A stretch of DNA of 64,000 bases, taken from an uncultured delta proteobacterium. Its GTDB lineage: Bacteria > Desulfobacterota > Desulfuromonadia > Desulfuromonadales > JACZKF01. Position 1 is the stretch's first letter. Every line of letters starts with the position of its first letter. The translations under genes were made by a program, and so were the position numbers. Shown here piece by piece: positions 63,033 to 64,000 of this stretch. Location: NCBI GenBank assembly GCA_963816395.1, contig CAWFKQ010000016.1:320001-384000 (forward strand). The letters run 5' to 3'. A model generated the notes under the pieces. That model had not been told where the DNA came from. It did not search any database and saw nothing but the letters and a program-made list of their open reading frames with translations.

Positions 63033-64000
63033 TTGAAAAATGAAGATTTTACCCACCTGCACGTCCATTCCTCGTTCTCCCCCGGCTGGGGGGTGCGTTC
63101 GCCGGAGGACCTGTGCGCCGCCGCCCGTGTCATGGGGATGCGCCGGCTCGCCCTCACCGACCGCAACGGCCTGTACGGCATCCCGCATTTCCTGCAGGCG
63201 GCCAAAGAGGCGGGGATCGCGCCGCTGATCGGCGCCGAGGCGCTCGCCGGGGAACACCGGGCGCTGCTCCTGGCCGCCGACGAAGAGGGCTACGGCAATC
63301 TCTGCCGCCTGCTCTCCGACCTGCACTGCCGCCGCGACTTCGACCTCGGCCGGGCGCTGGCGGCGCGCCACCGCGGCCTGTTCATCCTCAGCGACGACCC
63401 GGCCGTCCTCGCCCCCCTGCGCCGGCCGGCCGCCGGCCGCCTGTTCGTCGAGCTCTCCCCGGGGCACAACATGCACCGCGCCCTGGCCCTCTCCCGCGAG
63501 CTGGGGGTGCCGCCGGCGGCCACCGTCCGCGCCGTGCTGCTGGCGAAGGAGGACCATGAGCTGCACCGGGTGCTGCGGGCGATCGTGCTCAACAGCACCC
63601 TCTCGCGCCTGCGTCCCGGCGATACCGCCGGCGCCGGCGACCGTCTGCTGGCGCCGGCGGCCCTCGCCGACTTCTTCCCCCACTGCCCGCAGGCGCTGGA
63701 GAACGCCGCCCGCATCGCCGGGCAGTGCAAGACCGACTGGGATTTCTCGGCGACCATTTTCCCCGCGTTTCGCGGGCTGACCGACGGGGAGGCCTTCGCC
63801 GAACTGGAGCGCCGCGCCCGCGCCGGGGCGCTGCGGCGCTACGGCGCCATCGACGAACAGACCGAGGCGCGCCTGCGCAAGGAGCTGGCGATCATCGGCG
63901 GCAAGGGGTTCGCCCACTACTTCCTGGTGGTGGAGGAGATCGCCCGCCAGTCGCCGCGCACCTGCGGCCGGGGGAGCGCCGCCGCCTCCCTGGTCGCCTA
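63033..64000 (+). CDS. dnaE2: error-prone DNA polymerase III alpha-like subunit (5' part; runs off window; start uncertain)
   Basis: PHP motifs HLHVHSSFS, ALTDRNGLYG, GYGNLCRL; GFAHYFLVV, CGRGSAAASLVA. Confidence 0.88.
   Translation, partial: MKNEDFTHLHVHSSFSPGWGVRSPEDLCAAARVMGMRRLALTDRNGLYGIPHFLQAAKEAGIAPLIGAEALAGEHRALLLAADEEGYGNLCRLLSDLHCRRDFDLGRALAARHRGLFILSDDPAVLAPLRRPAAGRLFVELSPGHNMHRALALSRELGVPPAATVRAVLLAKEDHELHRVLRAIVLNSTLSRLRPGDTAGAGDRLLAPAALADFFPHCPQALENAARIAGQCKTDWDFSATIFPAFRGLTDGEAFAELERRARAGALRRYGAIDEQTEARLRKELAIIGGKGFAHYFLVVEEIARQSPRTCGRGSAAASLVA

Overview
GC-rich chromosomal segment, most consistent with a Desulfuromonadales/Geobacter-like deltaproteobacterium (inferred from gene content: multiheme cytochromes, the trxA-sirC-ccsA-hemA-hemC-cobA/hemD cluster, several sigma-54 activators). 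It contains the end of a nuoL-M-N cluster, a large GAF sigma-54 activator, an M16 peptidase, a heme-biosynthesis operon, housekeeping genes (trxA, yjgA/darP, dtd, nfo, dapF, rsmE, prmA, PSRP) and a CusRS-like two-component pair. Next come a Cys-less thiolase/RNase Z-like pair, a GNAT-deacetylase fusion, a ZTP-riboswitch-led class V aminotransferase, CIRCE-controlled groESL and two tandem secreted subtilases. The last part holds two multiheme cytochromes with a small OM barrel, moaA/torD, a sigma-54-driven TTT transporter operon with two tartrate/D-malate dehydrogenases, an FNR-box-led secreted protein and a lexA-imuB-dnaE2 cassette. Many genes carry single frameshifts, probably long-read indel errors. 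The most striking observation is that both subtilases end in an FN3-like domain split by a TM-polyArg-TM hairpin ending in an internal lipobox, which suggests an unusual anchoring or sorting mechanism. Also notable are a candidate direct-repeat LexA operator and numerous heptamer/nonamer inverted-repeat elements in intergenic spaces. All family assignments come from motif recognition by eye; no searches were run.
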